The notes under the pieces were generated by a model. The model was not told the DNA's origin. It saw nothing but the letters and a program-made list of their open reading frames with translations, and ran no database searches. A DNA stretch of 63,986 bases, counting the filler, from Reticulomyxa filosa (lineage: Eukaryota; Protista; Foraminifera), in the NCBI GenBank assembly GCA_000512085.1. It is 16 parts of 16 records of this genome, joined end to end, with 100 filler letters (N's around TTAATTAATTAA, not from the genome) between each part and the next. Parts side by side here need not be neighbours in the genome. Positions count along the whole stretch, not along the records: positions 24,817 to 27,041 come from ASPP01026743.1; positions 27,142 to 28,929 come from ASPP01011767.1; positions 29,030 to 34,259 come from ASPP01005781.1; positions 34,360 to 39,778 come from ASPP01003373.1; 12 more parts are not named here. One strand, 5' to 3'. A program made the translations under genes and the position numbers. Below, in pieces: positions 24,717 to 37,726 of the stretch (the stretch's first letter is position 1; each line of letters begins with the position of its first letter).

Positions 24717-27257
24717 NNNNNNNNNNNNNNNNNNNNNNNNNNNNNNNNNNNNNNNNNNNNTTAATTAATTAANNNNNNNNNNNNNNNNNNNNNNNNNNNN
24801 NNNNNNNNNNNNNNNNCATGTTTTTCGTTTGAATATACTTTGGCCCGATCAACAACTTCTCAAATATACTGCACCCATTCCCACTGAGTTTTTTAATTTG
24901 TTTGGCAATCGGTTGAAACTTATTGCTCCCACTTTTGGCTTAACTGTTAAACATCGATCGTAACCTTTTCTGACTTTTTTTTTTTTTCTCATCTTTTCTT
25001 TTTTTTTTGGTGTATTCTGCCATTCCTTCTTACATTACATTTCTCTTTTCCACATTAACAATTTTTTATTTACACAAACAATCAAATTATTATTTCCTCA
25101 TTTATTGTTTCTTTGCCGATTATTTTTTATCCACAGATTTAAATGTTATACAAACAAACAAAAAATTTCTCGTAAGTTGGAAAATTAATCAAACAAAATG
25201 ATCTTGTTCATTTTATCTCCTTTTTTTTTTAAGAGTCATGCAATTTCGTTACAAATCAACAAATCTTCTTGTGTCAGGTTTACTGTTTTTCTTTGAAAAA
25301 GATATATTCTAATTATCACCGTTTGGAAATCATAAAGTTAAACAAATAATCAAAAAGAAGTAAATACAATAAAAAATAAACAAAGTAAGAAAAATAAATA
25401 TAGAAGACATGATTAATATTTTAGAAAAAAAGTATTATCACGTTCAATCTTAGCGATTTTCTATTAAAAAAAAAACAAACAATATTATAAACAAATTTTT
25501 TTTTTTAAAAAAAAGAAAAATTTATTTAAAAAATATATCATATTATCTTTTAATCATAATGTTCATTGGCAGCATGTTTTTAATCATTATAATTAACAAA
25601 ATATATAAAATAAAATTTTTAACTTTTTCACTTAAAACACGGTTTTCCGCAAATAAAAAATTTAACTGCTTTTAAGAAAAAACTACATTTACATTTTGAA
25701 GAAAAAAACACAGTTATTTGAATAATAAAAGAAGTTACTTTATAACTGGTCTCTTCAAAACAGAAAAAAAAGAACAAAAAAAACAAAACAAAACAAAAAA
25801 AAGGTATTGACTCTTCCGTTTAAAAACTCTTTTTTTCTGTTCAAAGCGAAACTACAACAGAACGCTATGTGAATAATGGATTATGAAATATTTGATATAA
25901 TTGTTTAATATCAAAAAGTAATTGAATATTTTGTGAAAATATTTTCTCAAATAATCAAAAAAAGTTTTAAAAAGAAAACGACACAAGTTTTCAAATTATT
26001 GTGAGATTAATCATTCTTTTTTGATTATTATCACTCGTAATAAATAAGGATTTACACGAAATGCTGACATTATTATTGTAAATAATGTCAATAATAATTC
26101 CAATACAAATATTCAATTCACAAATGTTTCCAATCTTTTACAGTATTCTTTTACTTTTATATTTAGTTCGACTTATTTCAAAGTTAAAGTTACTTCAGTT
26201 GAAGTATTTGCATCCAAGATCCCCACGACATCACTTGGCACGAGGCTCTGCCAACTTGGAAAAAACATTTGACCGATTATATAAATAATTCAACAGAGTG
26301 TCTTGACAAGCACAACTTTGAAGGGATGCAAAAATATTTGGAGGCACTTGCAAAAGCACTTTTTTTTCAATTCCATTTGACTCCTTTATCTATCTTGGGG
26401 AACGCTTGTTGAAATTGTGTAAGCATGATGTCAAGTCCTTTTTTTATTTTGAAGTTCAGAAGTTGTAAATGTGTAAAATATTTTCCAAATCTTCAAATTA
26501 TTGTATCTGAAATAATTTGATTGTGGGGTAAAATTAGAAGGACATTCTGATACTGTGAGATCTATACATTAGTTTTTTTACAAAACGGCTAAATTATATT
26601 TTCTAAAAGAATGGTTTTTTAAATTTAATTTCAATCATATTCTTTTTTTTACACGAAAATTCTATAAAGCTTTTTCATTCTCGTGGAACAGAAAAAATAT
26701 GTTTGAAAAATATAACAATTCTTTGGGTAATGATAAGAAAATCATTTACCAAAACAAAAAAGATTATTCAAATAAGTGATTTTGAGAATTTGGCTCTATA
26801 TGCTTCAAACGATAAAGTTCATCTATAAAGTATGTGGTAGTGAAAAAAAATTTTGTTTTTTTCCAATAATATTCTCCTAATCCTTCTTGTTATTGTTTCT
26901 TTTGAATTGTACAGTTGCAGTCAAAAATGTTCACATGTTGCGAATTTTCTGAAGTTTTTTACTTAAATGCAAATATCTCCATAACGAAAAAAGATAATTT
27001 TTTGAAAAATTTATAGGAGTTTTATCTTACATTTATACTCTNNNNNNNNNNNNNNNNNNNNNNNNNNNNNNNNNNNNNNNNNNNNTTAATTAATTAANNN
27101 NNNNNNNNNNNNNNNNNNNNNNNNNNNNNNNNNNNNNNNNNTATATATATATATATATGTTTATATACGTTTATGCGATTTTTTTTTTTTTTTATGTATA
27201 CAGTGTGAAATAAAAATTGTAGTATACGTTAAAAAAAAAAAAAAAATAAAAAAATAG

Positions 27258-27725
27258 ATGCACTTTTTGTTTAAGAAAAACTACTTGGATGTAACAATAA
27301 TGGGAACATTGAAAAACAATGAGAATCCAAACGAAGAGAAAGAACCAATTGCCGGTGGCGATGACAGCCACAATGAAAGCGTGACAAGTGGGGGACAGTG
27401 CGAAAGCTCAGGGGAAGTGTCGACCCCTCCACATTCACGTTCGGAGTCGGAAGTCCTCTCGAGGTATGTCAGCAGTAGTAGTGACATTTGCCATGGGTTG
27501 AATCACATCGAGGACTTGAAAGTGCACACGTTCATGGAAATCCTCTACCATAGCAATTCGACGTCCGTGTTGCCTATGATCTCGTGGAATCTTCAGCTCT
27601 GGAATACCTTTCACGACACTCCTATTCATCTCCATACCACTTCTAACCTTGACTCGGCTGACATTGTCGACACGGCCGAGCTTGCTGATCCTTTATCTTA
27701 TCCAAATAGCAGTACCAATTCTTAA
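27258..27725 (+). CDS. Probable terminal exon of an unknown protein
   Basis: GC-richer open frame following intron-like (TA)n/T-run/A-run sequence ending in AG at 27257; no recognisable domain. Confidence 0.4.
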   Translation: MHFLFKKNYLDVTIMGTLKNNENPNEEKEPIAGGDDSHNESVTSGGQCESSGEVSTPPHSRSESEVLSRYVSSSSDICHGLNHIEDLKVHTFMEILYHSNSTSVLPMISWNLQLWNTFHDTPIHLHTTSNLDSADIVDTAELADPLSYPNSSTNS

Positions 27726-28444
27726 GAGGTAACTCTAATCTAAGAAAGAGAGAGAGAGAAGAGAGGGGGGGGGAAGGAGGAGGGAAGAGAGGGAGGGAAA
27801 AAAAAATAAAAATAAAAAAAGTACTATAAGAGTTCATAATATTGAAAAAGGAGAGGAGAATGAAGGAAACTAAAAAGAGAAAGGATATTGGATAAAGGAT
27901 ATTGGGATACTTTTTCTTTTTTTTTTTGGTGATGCACTCAATGAAAATAACTTTTTGTGTATATTTGCGTTGAGTTGTTTTGGTTTGTTTTGGAATGAGG
28001 AAAAAAAAAAACAAAAAAACGCACTGTTTTGTGTTGTTAGCGTGGCTTTTTGTTTCATATTAATATATGGAACCCTCAATCGACTTTTTTTTTCAAGGTC
28101 TTTTTTTTTTTTCAAAAATATTCACTTTTTTTCTTGTTGGTTCAAAGGAGTTTATATTATCGATATAAAACATGTATGTAATGTGCATTGCATCAGAGAC
28201 CCGAATTCCTCTTTTATTATTATTTTTTTTTTAAACCTTTGCAGATTGTACAAAGTCATAACGTAAAACAAGGCTCAGACGATCCCAAAAACCCACGACA
28301 ATTGTGACTTCAAACACATAAAAAAAAAAAAAAGCATACACAGCAAGTATGTGAAAAGAAGACCCACGACAATGAAAAATTGCAACAAAAAAAAAAAGTA
28401 AGCGTCATAGGATGTTTGATACAAAAGCAAGTTGCAATTGTGCT

Positions 28445-28894
28445 TCAAAGTACACCAACTCGGTTCAATTGTTCTCGCAGCATAATCTCATGACAAATGC
28501 GAAACACGCCATCGAACTGCTCAGTGTCTGTATGCAATCAGATCAAACCAAACAAAACAAGTGAATAGTGGATGTAAGATTGAACGAAGGTTTGATCATA
28601 GAACAAACTTGTGGCTGTGAGGACATTGAAATACAAACGATTATGTTTGGCAATGCTTTGCAACGTGTCTTGGACATATGTTACAACATCGCTTGGATTG
28701 CTCTTATCACCTTTGTACTGGTAATCTTCGAACGAAAATGAAAAGGGAGAATAAGAAATTTTTTCTTCCAACTGATCCCATTTGTTTAACAATACAATAA
28801 GACTCATCCCCTCGAACGTCGGGTGTTTGATTGTACTTCGAAACAATGAAAACTCTTCTTGCATTCGGTTCATCGTCGAATCTTCAAACAACAC
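28445..28894 (-). CDS. Heterotrimeric G-protein alpha subunit, C-terminal two exons
   Basis: LFEDSTMNRMQEEFSLF, LIVLLNKWD (G4 NKxD), LTAT (G5-like), terminal FRICHEIMLREQLNRVGVL*. Confidence 0.85.
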
Positions 28895-29079
28895 CTTTTT
28901 TTTTTTTTTTTGTTTTAAAAAAAAAAAAANNNNNNNNNNNNNNNNNNNNNNNNNNNNNNNNNNNNNNNNNNNNTTAATTAATTAANNNNNNNNNNNNNNN
29001 NNNNNNNNNNNNNNNNNNNNNNNNNNNNNAAAAAAAGTGTGCGTATTTGCATATGATACAAAAAAAAAAAAAACCAAAC

Positions 29080-29951
29080 TCGAGGTAATGACTTTTCGGA
29101 TTTTCCACTTTGGACACCCGTAGCTTCCGATGGCAACAGTTCCCGTGTACCAAGACATTTGCTTGTTGTCCACGACCAATTCTCCATTCAAATATCCTCG
29201 AATCGATCCATCTTCCAACATTGACAATCGTAATCGATGCCATGTGTCGGTATTCCATTGCGCTTCGCTCACTTGCTTTACTTCGCAATGGCCTTCGCCC
29301 CAACAAAATTCACTATCCATTGCAAACGCACATACACATACACATTTATGTTTCGATTGAGATTACATGTGTATATGTCATTCTTAACATATTCCCGGCA
29401 GCGTTGATCGCGAGCGAATAGCCCGAGTAGTTATTTGGAGGATACGAATTAGAACTCAACAATCCATATACTGCCAAACAATTGAGAGTGGCATTGATAT
29501 ATTGAAATTCAACTTCGATCTATATATTTGTTTTATCCGATCTCATCAATCCACATAGTGTGACCAAGAGACACCTCTTTTAGTAACATTATCTTTTTCT
29601 TTAAATAAATTGCTTGTTAAAATAAAAATAAAATTTTTCTCTACGGAACATCTCTTGGGCGTTGATAAACATCAGCCGTTTGCATAAAAGAATCATCGGA
29701 TGTCGAATATGCAAATTCATTGTCGCTGGAAAAAGCAACATTTCTCACATTGATCCAATTGCTACTGTTTAAAGCGATGCTTTCTTTGTATTGTGTGTTG
29801 TGTAACCCATTTGTGCTGAACAAAACAGTCAAGACCGAAGAGTCACACACTCAAACTTACCTTGGCCATAAACATTAACACTTCCCTCAAAAATAGCAGA
29901 AAGAAAAGTGAATGCTAGCACTCTGGCAAGAAAACTGTCAGAATGCCTCAT
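29080..29951 (-). CDS. Secreted/extracellular protein with a ConA-like (LamG/DUF1080-type) beta-sandwich, multi-exon, 3' end lost in gap
   Basis: Signal-peptide-like MRHSDSFLARVLAFTFLSAIF; motif WHRLRLSMLEDGSIRGYLNGELVV..GTVAIG. Confidence 0.55.
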
Positions 29952-30859
29952 GAAAAAATTTCGACACTATACGGTAATGATTTTATCTTGAGACACAAAA
30001 AAAAGGTACTGTAACCTAGAGTGCAAAAGACATATTGTGCCGCGTGGAGAAGGCTCTATCCATGTTCTCTTACTTAAGAAATTTGAAAATACTATTTTAT
30101 GCAAATATTATTGCTAAAATTTTCATTTTTTCTCCAAGAAAACGCTCATTAAATTTAAAGTACCAAATAAAAGCTTTTAATAGGGCCATAAAATATTCGA
30201 CAACATCTATTGCTTGCATATTTATATTATGACTAAGTTTTTTGTTTTCATCTTGTGGGACGTCTGCTGATAGTAGTGGTACACTAGCTGTAATACGAGA
30301 GATGTTTACTAGTGATTTCGTAAAACGGAAGAAATTGAAATAATAAAACAATATAACAAAAGAAAAGTAAAGAGAAGCAAGAAAGTAAGAATTTGTTGAG
30401 GAAGTTTAACCTACTGGGGATTCCTCCGTTCCCTTGACGTTCAGATACTCATAATACGGACTTGCTCACAATCTTTTGAAACATTTCTTGTTGTGTATAC
30501 ATAAATTGACAAAACACAGCCTCCAAAATAAACTAAAAAGCACAACATGAGTACATAAAACGACTATTACTACACAGCAAGTACGTCTTTCATTAAAAAA
30601 AATATTTTATAAAATAAATATTTTTCAAACGTAGTTTTCTTTGCAAAATCCTTTTTGTCAAACAAGCGAAGTAAATTAGTATAATTGGCATTATTGAATA
30701 AAAGCAAATTAGTCAAAATATCTGAACAATCAAAAAAGCAAATATTTTCAAAAAGTTCATAACAAAAATGTTGAATAAAATGAGAAAAAGAGATTATGCT
30801 TTGTTCAAAATAGTTTTGGAGTTATTTGAATATTTTCTTCATGTAATCAAATAATTTTA

Positions 30860-31310
30860 TCATTTGATCCAGAACAAATTGTATATCCATCCCGTCAATC
30901 ACACTAATTATTCATTTTATTATTATTATTGTAATGGTGAAATATCAACACACCAAACATAATTTTCATATCTATTGAAAACATATAATGATTTGGATGT
31001 TTCAATATTCCATAAATTGTAAAATCATTAGATCCAGAACACGAATATCTACTACCATTAAATGATGAAAATGTATGCAATAAATACCTTCTGTGTGCCA
31101 TTGAATATTTGTAATTGTTTATTATGTTTGAAATTCCAAAAACGAGTCGTTTTGTCACTTGATGAAGAACAAATGATATTTTGACAATTATTATGATAAT
31201 TATATGACAAAAATTTCACAATTCACAATCAGTATGTTCAGTGAATGTATTGATTAATTTGGATGATCGAAATGTTTCAAATATGAAGTCAACAGCCTGT
31301 TAAACATTTG
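30860..31310 (-). pseudogene. Decayed WD40-repeat gene
   Basis: FSSFNGSRYSCSGSNDFTI and GYTICSGS remnants interrupted by stops and frameshifts. Confidence 0.65.
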
Positions 31311-31896
31311 AATATTTTTATTGCTATTTTAAAAAAAGAAAGAACAATGAACGAACATAATTGACAACAAGTTGTCAAACTATAAGTACATCCAAATTTG
31401 ATATACAATATTCGAATGTTGTTCGATTACTTTAATCTTTTTTTCTTCACTATCAATATCTTCGCCACCCGGCTTGGACTTGTTTGCTTGTGCTATATCT
31501 TCTTTTTTCTCTTTGTCTTCTACTTACACTCACTAAAATGCACTCATGTAAACATTTGCAACTTTAGTGATGAGGCTGTATCTCACTATCTACGAAAGGT
31601 ATAAAGCTAATTTTTTTTTAAAACATATCTATGTCACTCTTAGTATTGGACAAAATCCAAGATAAGTGCGTTCTTTTTTTAAGACATTTCAAAAAATTAA
31701 TTTAACATTGAAACAGTGTAAAACTTCTCTTTTTTTAGGAGAAAAATGCAATAAAAAGGAGATTTTAAAGCTTTTAAAAAGAATGAACGCAATCAAATAA
31801 TAAGAACGTTTGAAGGAGGATTATTTGCACATCTATCATACGGGTAGTCCGATGCACTTTTTAAAAAAAATGAGGAGAGGCAAAAGTATCAAAAAA

Positions 31897-33318
31897 CTAA
31901 TTTTGATTTTTCACTTTTCTGTACGTGCCAAGGGAGGAGCTAGTGATGTTATAACGAATGAACCATTCCTTAGAAGAGCCGCGACCTTCCAACAAATCTA
32001 AAGAAAACTTCGAATTATGGGTAGCAATGGTTCGTAAGACAGAAAGATGAGTAATCCCCTGCCTAACAACTTGAGGAATGGCCAATAAATCAGAGACTCG
32101 AACGTAGCCGTCAGTGGTCAATATGGAATGAAGAGGTGAGGAGTGATCAGAATGAGTAAAAAAGTTAATCAACCACGTGGCAAGGTGTTGAATACGATTA
32201 TTATTATTATTAGTGTCGTTAGTACGGAACGATGATTGATGCGAGTGAAGACGAGAAGAGCGACGACTACGACGAGTGTGAGGGAGAAACGGATCCAAAG
32301 CAAAAGAGGAACCAAATTTGGATTGCAGATACATTGTATCGTGGACATGAAGATCAATATGTAGAGGAATGTTATGTGTAGACATCAAGAATTCAACACA
32401 ACGCTGATAGGGTACGATCGACCTCGAAAACAGTAGCTCTTTCAAGGTGTCAAAATCTACCCATTTGGTACAAACCAATTCACCCGTGTGGACGACAGGC
32501 GGATGCAAATGATTTGGAGTGTTTTCCCGCAAATGGCAAATAAATATTACATTGTATTTGCGTTTCACCCAGGAATTAATATTTCCGTATTCTGCTTCAC
32601 ATTCTTTCATGTGCTCTTTAATCCGTTCTGATGTCGGAGCTGATTCTAGATTACCTACATTCGGACTATTGACATTATTATCTTTGGATGGTTTTTGTTC
32701 TTTTTGTTTTGTTTTTTTCGCTATTATGATCGCGATTTTCATTATTATTATTGCCATTCTTAGTAATATTAGGATTACTATTGTAATTGTTTTTTTTTTT
32801 TTTTTCTTTTCCTTCTTCCAAATGTCCTTTTTTTTTTTCTTGATGTGAAACATTTCATAATATGTACTGTAGTCGATGTACAAAATATTGCCCTTGTCTA
32901 CATGCAATCCTGTTTCTTCATAAAACTCACGTTCGGCAGTTTCGTAACCTGAACTATCTTCGTTTGCTTCAAACGTTCCTTTGATCAGTCCCCAGTTATT
33001 CGTTGACTTCGATTGACACACTAAAAATTCGATACTCTTCTTGTCTTTCAAATTGTGATTGTATCGGTATCGGTAGCATAAATACCCATACGATATGTTA
33101 TCTTGGTAATGCGTACATCCTTGCTTCCAATCCTCACTTTGTTTGTCCTCAATCGGACAAAATTTCAAAGAGTAGCCCCTTCGGTGCGTTATTGCTTCTG
33201 GGTAAATTGTAAATGGTCGTGGATACTTTTGTGTCACTTTTTCAGCTTCTGACTTGCTTTTTCCAGTTGTTTTTTTGCTTGCATATCGCCCATTTGGGTG
33301 ATCGTCTGTCATGTCCAA
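31897..33318 (-). CDS. Nudix hydrolase (Ap4A-hydrolase-like) fused to a C-terminal Tpt1/KptA N-lobe-like domain; start uncertain (possibly 33497)
   Basis: IEFLVCQ..WGLIKGTFEANEDSSGYETAEREFYEETGL (Nudix box); C-terminal LATWLINFFTH..TTDGYVRVSDLL..IATHNSKF..WFIRYN. Confidence 0.8.
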   Translation of the reverse strand: MDMTDDHPNGRYASKKTTGKSKSEAEKVTQKYPRPFTIYPEAITHRRGYSLKFCPIEDKQSEDWKQGCTHYQDNISYGYLCYRYRYNHNLKDKKSIEFLVCQSKSTNNWGLIKGTFEANEDSSGYETAEREFYEETGLHVDKGNILYIDYSTYYEMFHIKKKKKDIWKKEKKKKKKTITIVILILLRMAIIIMKIAIIIAKKTKQKEQKPSKDNNVNSPNVGNLESAPTSERIKEHMKECEAEYGNINSWVKRKYNVIFICHLRENTPNHLHPPVVHTGELVCTKWVDFDTLKELLFSRSIVPYQRCVEFLMSTHNIPLHIDLHVHDTMYLQSKFGSSFALDPFLPHTRRSRRSSRLHSHQSSFRTNDTNNNNNRIQHLATWLINFFTHSDHSSPLHSILTTDGYVRVSDLLAIPQVVRQGITHLSVLRTIATHNSKFSLDLLEGRGSSKEWFIRYNITSSSLGTYRKVKNQN

Positions 33319-33709
33319 GATAGTGTTTTTTTTAATGACATTGCTAAAAAGTTCAAAACTGGTCTCTTACGCTTTGTTGTCAAGTCTTGGCCATAGTTTC
33401 TCCACGAAAGAAATTTTGCAATCATACCGTTTTTTGAAGGGGTATTTGCTAAAGTTTTTGCGAAAGAGGAGTACCTGTTTGTCCTTTCTGTTGCCATTAG
33501 ATATCGTAAACAAAGATGTAATGCAAAATCAAATAATTAACAAACAATCAACAGAATCAAACAAAAAAGAAAAAATTAAAAAAAGATTGACTAAATTACA
33601 TGTAACTTGCAATTTTATTTGTTTAAGCTCAGCCAAAAATGATTTTTTTCTTTTTTTTTTCAAATAAAGTCAGGAAAACATCTTCCTTCTCTTAGACTAT
33701 CAAAGGAGT

Positions 33710-34200
33710 TCATTTGTGAGACGTACCACTTCGACGGATTAGATCAGACAAAAGAGCCAAGTGCTCTTCTTGAACATTTTGCTGCTCTTTCCATTCTTTC
33801 AATAATAAAGCTTGATAGTCATACTTGATATCATAGTGATATCCAATCTGAACGATTGTTTGATTTGCATCATCGATGAACACATACATCACACATTCAG
33901 TGTAAATTTTTTTGAATATTGTGATCACACAAACAAAATAGAATACTACTTGTTTATATCGGACAAAGCGCTCTGCTCTTTCGACCAATAGCTCTAATTT
34001 GTAACGGTTAATCGCGCCATCTTGTAGTTTGTATTCATAGGCCTCTTCAATTTTGAAAAATTGAGCACAAAACAAGGGTAAGTAAGGAATGGCAGGAGAT
34101 TCGCATCGTTCTTGCATTTCGTAAAGCGCCTCTTTTTTCCAATCGAACATTTTTTGAAAGTCTTCCCATAGCTGCCGTTGTTGTGTCTTTAATCCATCCC
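33710..34200 (-). CDS. RasGEF (CDC25-type) catalytic domain, C-terminal fragment
   Basis: PAIPYLPLFCAQFFKIEE..DGAINRYKL resembles the PCIPF..DL..IEEG..LINF.K segment of CDC25 domains. Confidence 0.72.
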
Positions 34201-34899
34201 ACTATGTATTCATTTATTTATATATTTTGAATTCCAATTGGATTGAAATGAAGCAAAAANNNNNNNNNNNNNNNNNNNNNNNNNNNNNNNNNNNNNNNNN
34301 NNNTTAATTAATTAANNNNNNNNNNNNNNNNNNNNNNNNNNNNNNNNNNNNNNNNNNNNTATATCGATATCTAATAAACTTTGAAATGTTGATTCCAAAA
34401 GAATTGTGTTGTAATAGAGCCCAGAATCATTTTTGAAATTAAATGTTTTGTCATTTGTTGGAATATTTCTACAAGTTGAGTGTTGGTTTTATCTGTTTAT
34501 AGCTAGCTTTTTTGTGCCAATATTGGTGCGTTTGCAAACGAATTATAGTTAGTCGAATTTGATGTGACGGCAAATTGAGACATTATTTGTGTTGCGTCAT
34601 TGCAAACATTATATCAGGTGTCGTTATGTTCATTTGTAGTATTGAATAGTTTTGTGTGGTTGAAATATTAATCAACAATTTTTACACGATTTTTTTTTTC
34701 TGTCGGACAGATAAAGATTGGAAGTGAATGTGTTTCAAAAATAGACAGTCTCGCCAACTTTATATTATGATATGACTGGTAAGTTTAACTGTGCGGCAAT
34801 GAAGATGTGCCTGTTGAACAGACACTTGTTTTTGTTTTGTAAACGGATCTGTCAATTTGTAGATTTTTTGATTTTTTTTTATTTGTTTGTCAACATGCT

Positions 34900-35037
34900 G
34901 GAACGGTGCGTATAAAGCGAACACGTTGTATGTGTGATGAGGAAATTACTGACCCTACAGCAGTTTATTATCATTGCCGTCAATGTCCAGGATTAAATAA
35001 GGATATGATGTTTGCGTGGCCTGCACTGAAAAATTAA
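34900..35037 (+). pseudogene. ZZ-type zinc-finger fragment
   Basis: RCMCDEEI..YYHCRQCPG and, after a frameshift, GYDVCVACTEK. Confidence 0.45.
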
Positions 35038-36654
35038 ATGTGGTCGTTATTTTATTTTTTGAAAAGAAGAGATATATCTTACCCAATGGCGGCAAATGCA
35101 AGAGCAGTTGGAGGACATAAAAGAACATATTTTATAATTTTCATATATTTTAAACTACAGAAGATAAAAAAGAGCCAGAGGAGGTCTTCTTCATCTTATA
35201 AAGAGTTAAAATCTGTTGTGATTATAGCTTGGAAGAATGGCCAACTGGAGTCCATTTAATTGGTAGTCAATCCTTTTTTTATATACGTGTAAGTGTGAGT
35301 GTTTTAATTTTTGCACGAATGTATGCGTGCGTGTTTGCTTTTGTGACAATTTGATCTGCTGTATTGTTACTTGAGAAACTCCAAGAAAAGTTTTCGCATT
35401 TTATAATTATTTCTTAAAGCGAATGGAAGTCTTCACAATGGTATGTTTCATTTCGTTTTGTTCGTTTTTTATTATTGTAAAAAAAGTTTCTTTTATTGTG
35501 TACAGTTGGGATTGAGAACAAATTTTTAGAAAAAGGATTTGATGATGCTGAATACATGTTGATCACATTAATATAATCCCCATTTGTACATTGATGCAAA
35601 TTGTCAAACTTGAACTCTTTTTTGAAACAGGTCAATGAACCTTCCATAATTGTTGCATTGAAGAAAAACAATAAAAGCACCTCGAAAAACTTATCAAGTC
35701 AAATAATGTGAAGAAAAGAGGACTTGTATGTTTTTATTATTTCACTGTGTTCATATATAACGATGAAACTATTTAACAACTTTGCGTTTGAATAAATGTG
35801 TTAAAGAGTGGTATGACTACATTGCGTTGCAATCATAATGAATGCATAAGCAAACTTCATTGATGGCCTTTGTAATGTGAAATATTCATTTACCTAATGA
35901 TGTAATATATAAAATTGCAGCAAGCGTTAGCCATTCGTCGTGGAACTCTAAGCATTTTTGATGCTCTGTTTGCCCCAGGACAAATAGATTTCTCATTGGT
36001 TTCTGATTGCTGTGTGTTGTAATTAAGTTACTTTTTTATATGCTGCCGTGATTGTTTATATTTTTTAAAAAAAACTTGTGGCCGCTATAACGTATTATCG
36101 TGTAAGGTTTTGGTAAAATAATTTCACTGAATTGACACGAGAAACTTTTGTTTAATCAGTAAATCTCAGTAAGGCAAGAAAACTAAATATTCTGGTGAAA
36201 AGTTCAGTGAACAAAAGATTCGCTCCTAGGTTGTAATGGCTATACTGAGCCACCATACAAAGAAAGTATGAAGTCTTCAAAATTACTTTTAATTTTAATA
36301 TTTAAAAGTTGAACAATTTTTGCGAAATTTATTTTTGAGTGAAACGATAGTTTCTTTGAGATTTTTTATTGGATTACGCTTTGAAAGACCACTCTAAACA
36401 TGTTTTAAAAAGGTGATTGGCGCTTCCAGATGTATGCCCAATAATTTTAGTTGTGCAATGTAAAGCTAACAAAGCTATTATCAGCTAAGCGCGTTAGATT
36501 CTAAAAAGAATTTACACGGGCATACGATGCAAAGTGAAAGTGATCCAAACTAAAGTAAAAAAAAATTACGATTTAACGTATAATTTACGAGAAGTTTTTA
36601 GTCAATCTACTAGTTAATTACGCAAAAAAGTTTGCATTGCATTTAAACAAACAA

Positions 36655-37726
36655 TTACACTACTACCTCCTCTTGTGCGAATATGTTATCATTTACATAC
36701 TGGTTGTTTTTTTGTTTTCTCAAGGTCGACAAAGGTACGATTTTTGGTCGATACAAATTCGTCGAGTTCTTTGTCGAGGAAATGTTATACGTCAGCCAGT
36801 CGTAATTATAAGGCATTTCGTCTCCAAGCAAATAGTTGCACGATGATCGAAAATTTTGGGCAACTGGAACGTTACTTACGTCACGGTTAATCAAATGGAA
36901 AGTCGTATTTTCATGGGGCTGCCCTCCCACTTTTTTTTTTTTTTTAAATATAAAAAAAAATGAATGTTCACAAAAAAGGGACGAATCTGAAAAGGCGGAG
37001 AAAGGGGAGGTCATATGTACCTTACCAGTGTTCCAAAAGTTAAAGGTGTTCTCGTCAATGTATGTCCACACCCACATGAAGGCACTACAGCCACCGCCTC
37101 TCGGGTCACCACAGAACACTAACTTTTTTTCATCTGACATTTGTGGATAGTAGCGGAATCGCGGGATGGTTATTCCATACGTTTTACCATCATCCCAAGT
37201 CAGCAAGCCACAATATGTTATATCGTTGTCAACAATCCACCACTGCTGATACGAGCTTTTTGTAGTGTGTTTTTTTTTTATTAAAAAAAAAAAGTATACT
37301 TGTTTTCGTTTTTCAAAAGAACCACTTTGGTGCATGTTCAAACTTTTTTGTTTAATTACTTTCCCACGTGGGAGGAATATTTTTTTTTTTTTTTTGATTT
37401 TCTTTAAACAAACTTACTTTTGGATTGCGTCGGGAACGATAACTGTTTCAAGTAACAGTGTTCCAGGAGGTCCCAATGACGTTGTGTAGGGGCGGAATAC
37501 AATTGAGTCTACATTTTTTTTTTAAACTCAATTTCTTTCTTGTTTTCAGCTGCAAACTTTTTGAAAGTAAAAGAAAAACCTGACAACGCCACTTACAATT
37601 GGTGGTCGGCCCCACTGGAGAATACATTACATCTCCTTGCCACAAGCCACTAAGCCAGGTCGGTGGATATGCATTCCCACCTACAATACAACCAACCAAA
37701 AAACTTACAAGAATATCGGAAAGCAT
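36655..37726 (-). CDS. Hypothetical secreted protein, multi-exon
   Basis: Signal-peptide-like MLSDILVSFLVGCIVGGNA; Trp/Cys-containing exons separated by short T/A-run introns. Confidence 0.6.

Noticed and set aside
24817-27041. Possible decayed gene around 26190-26560
   Set aside because: Slightly GC-richer but no recognisable motif or sustained frame.
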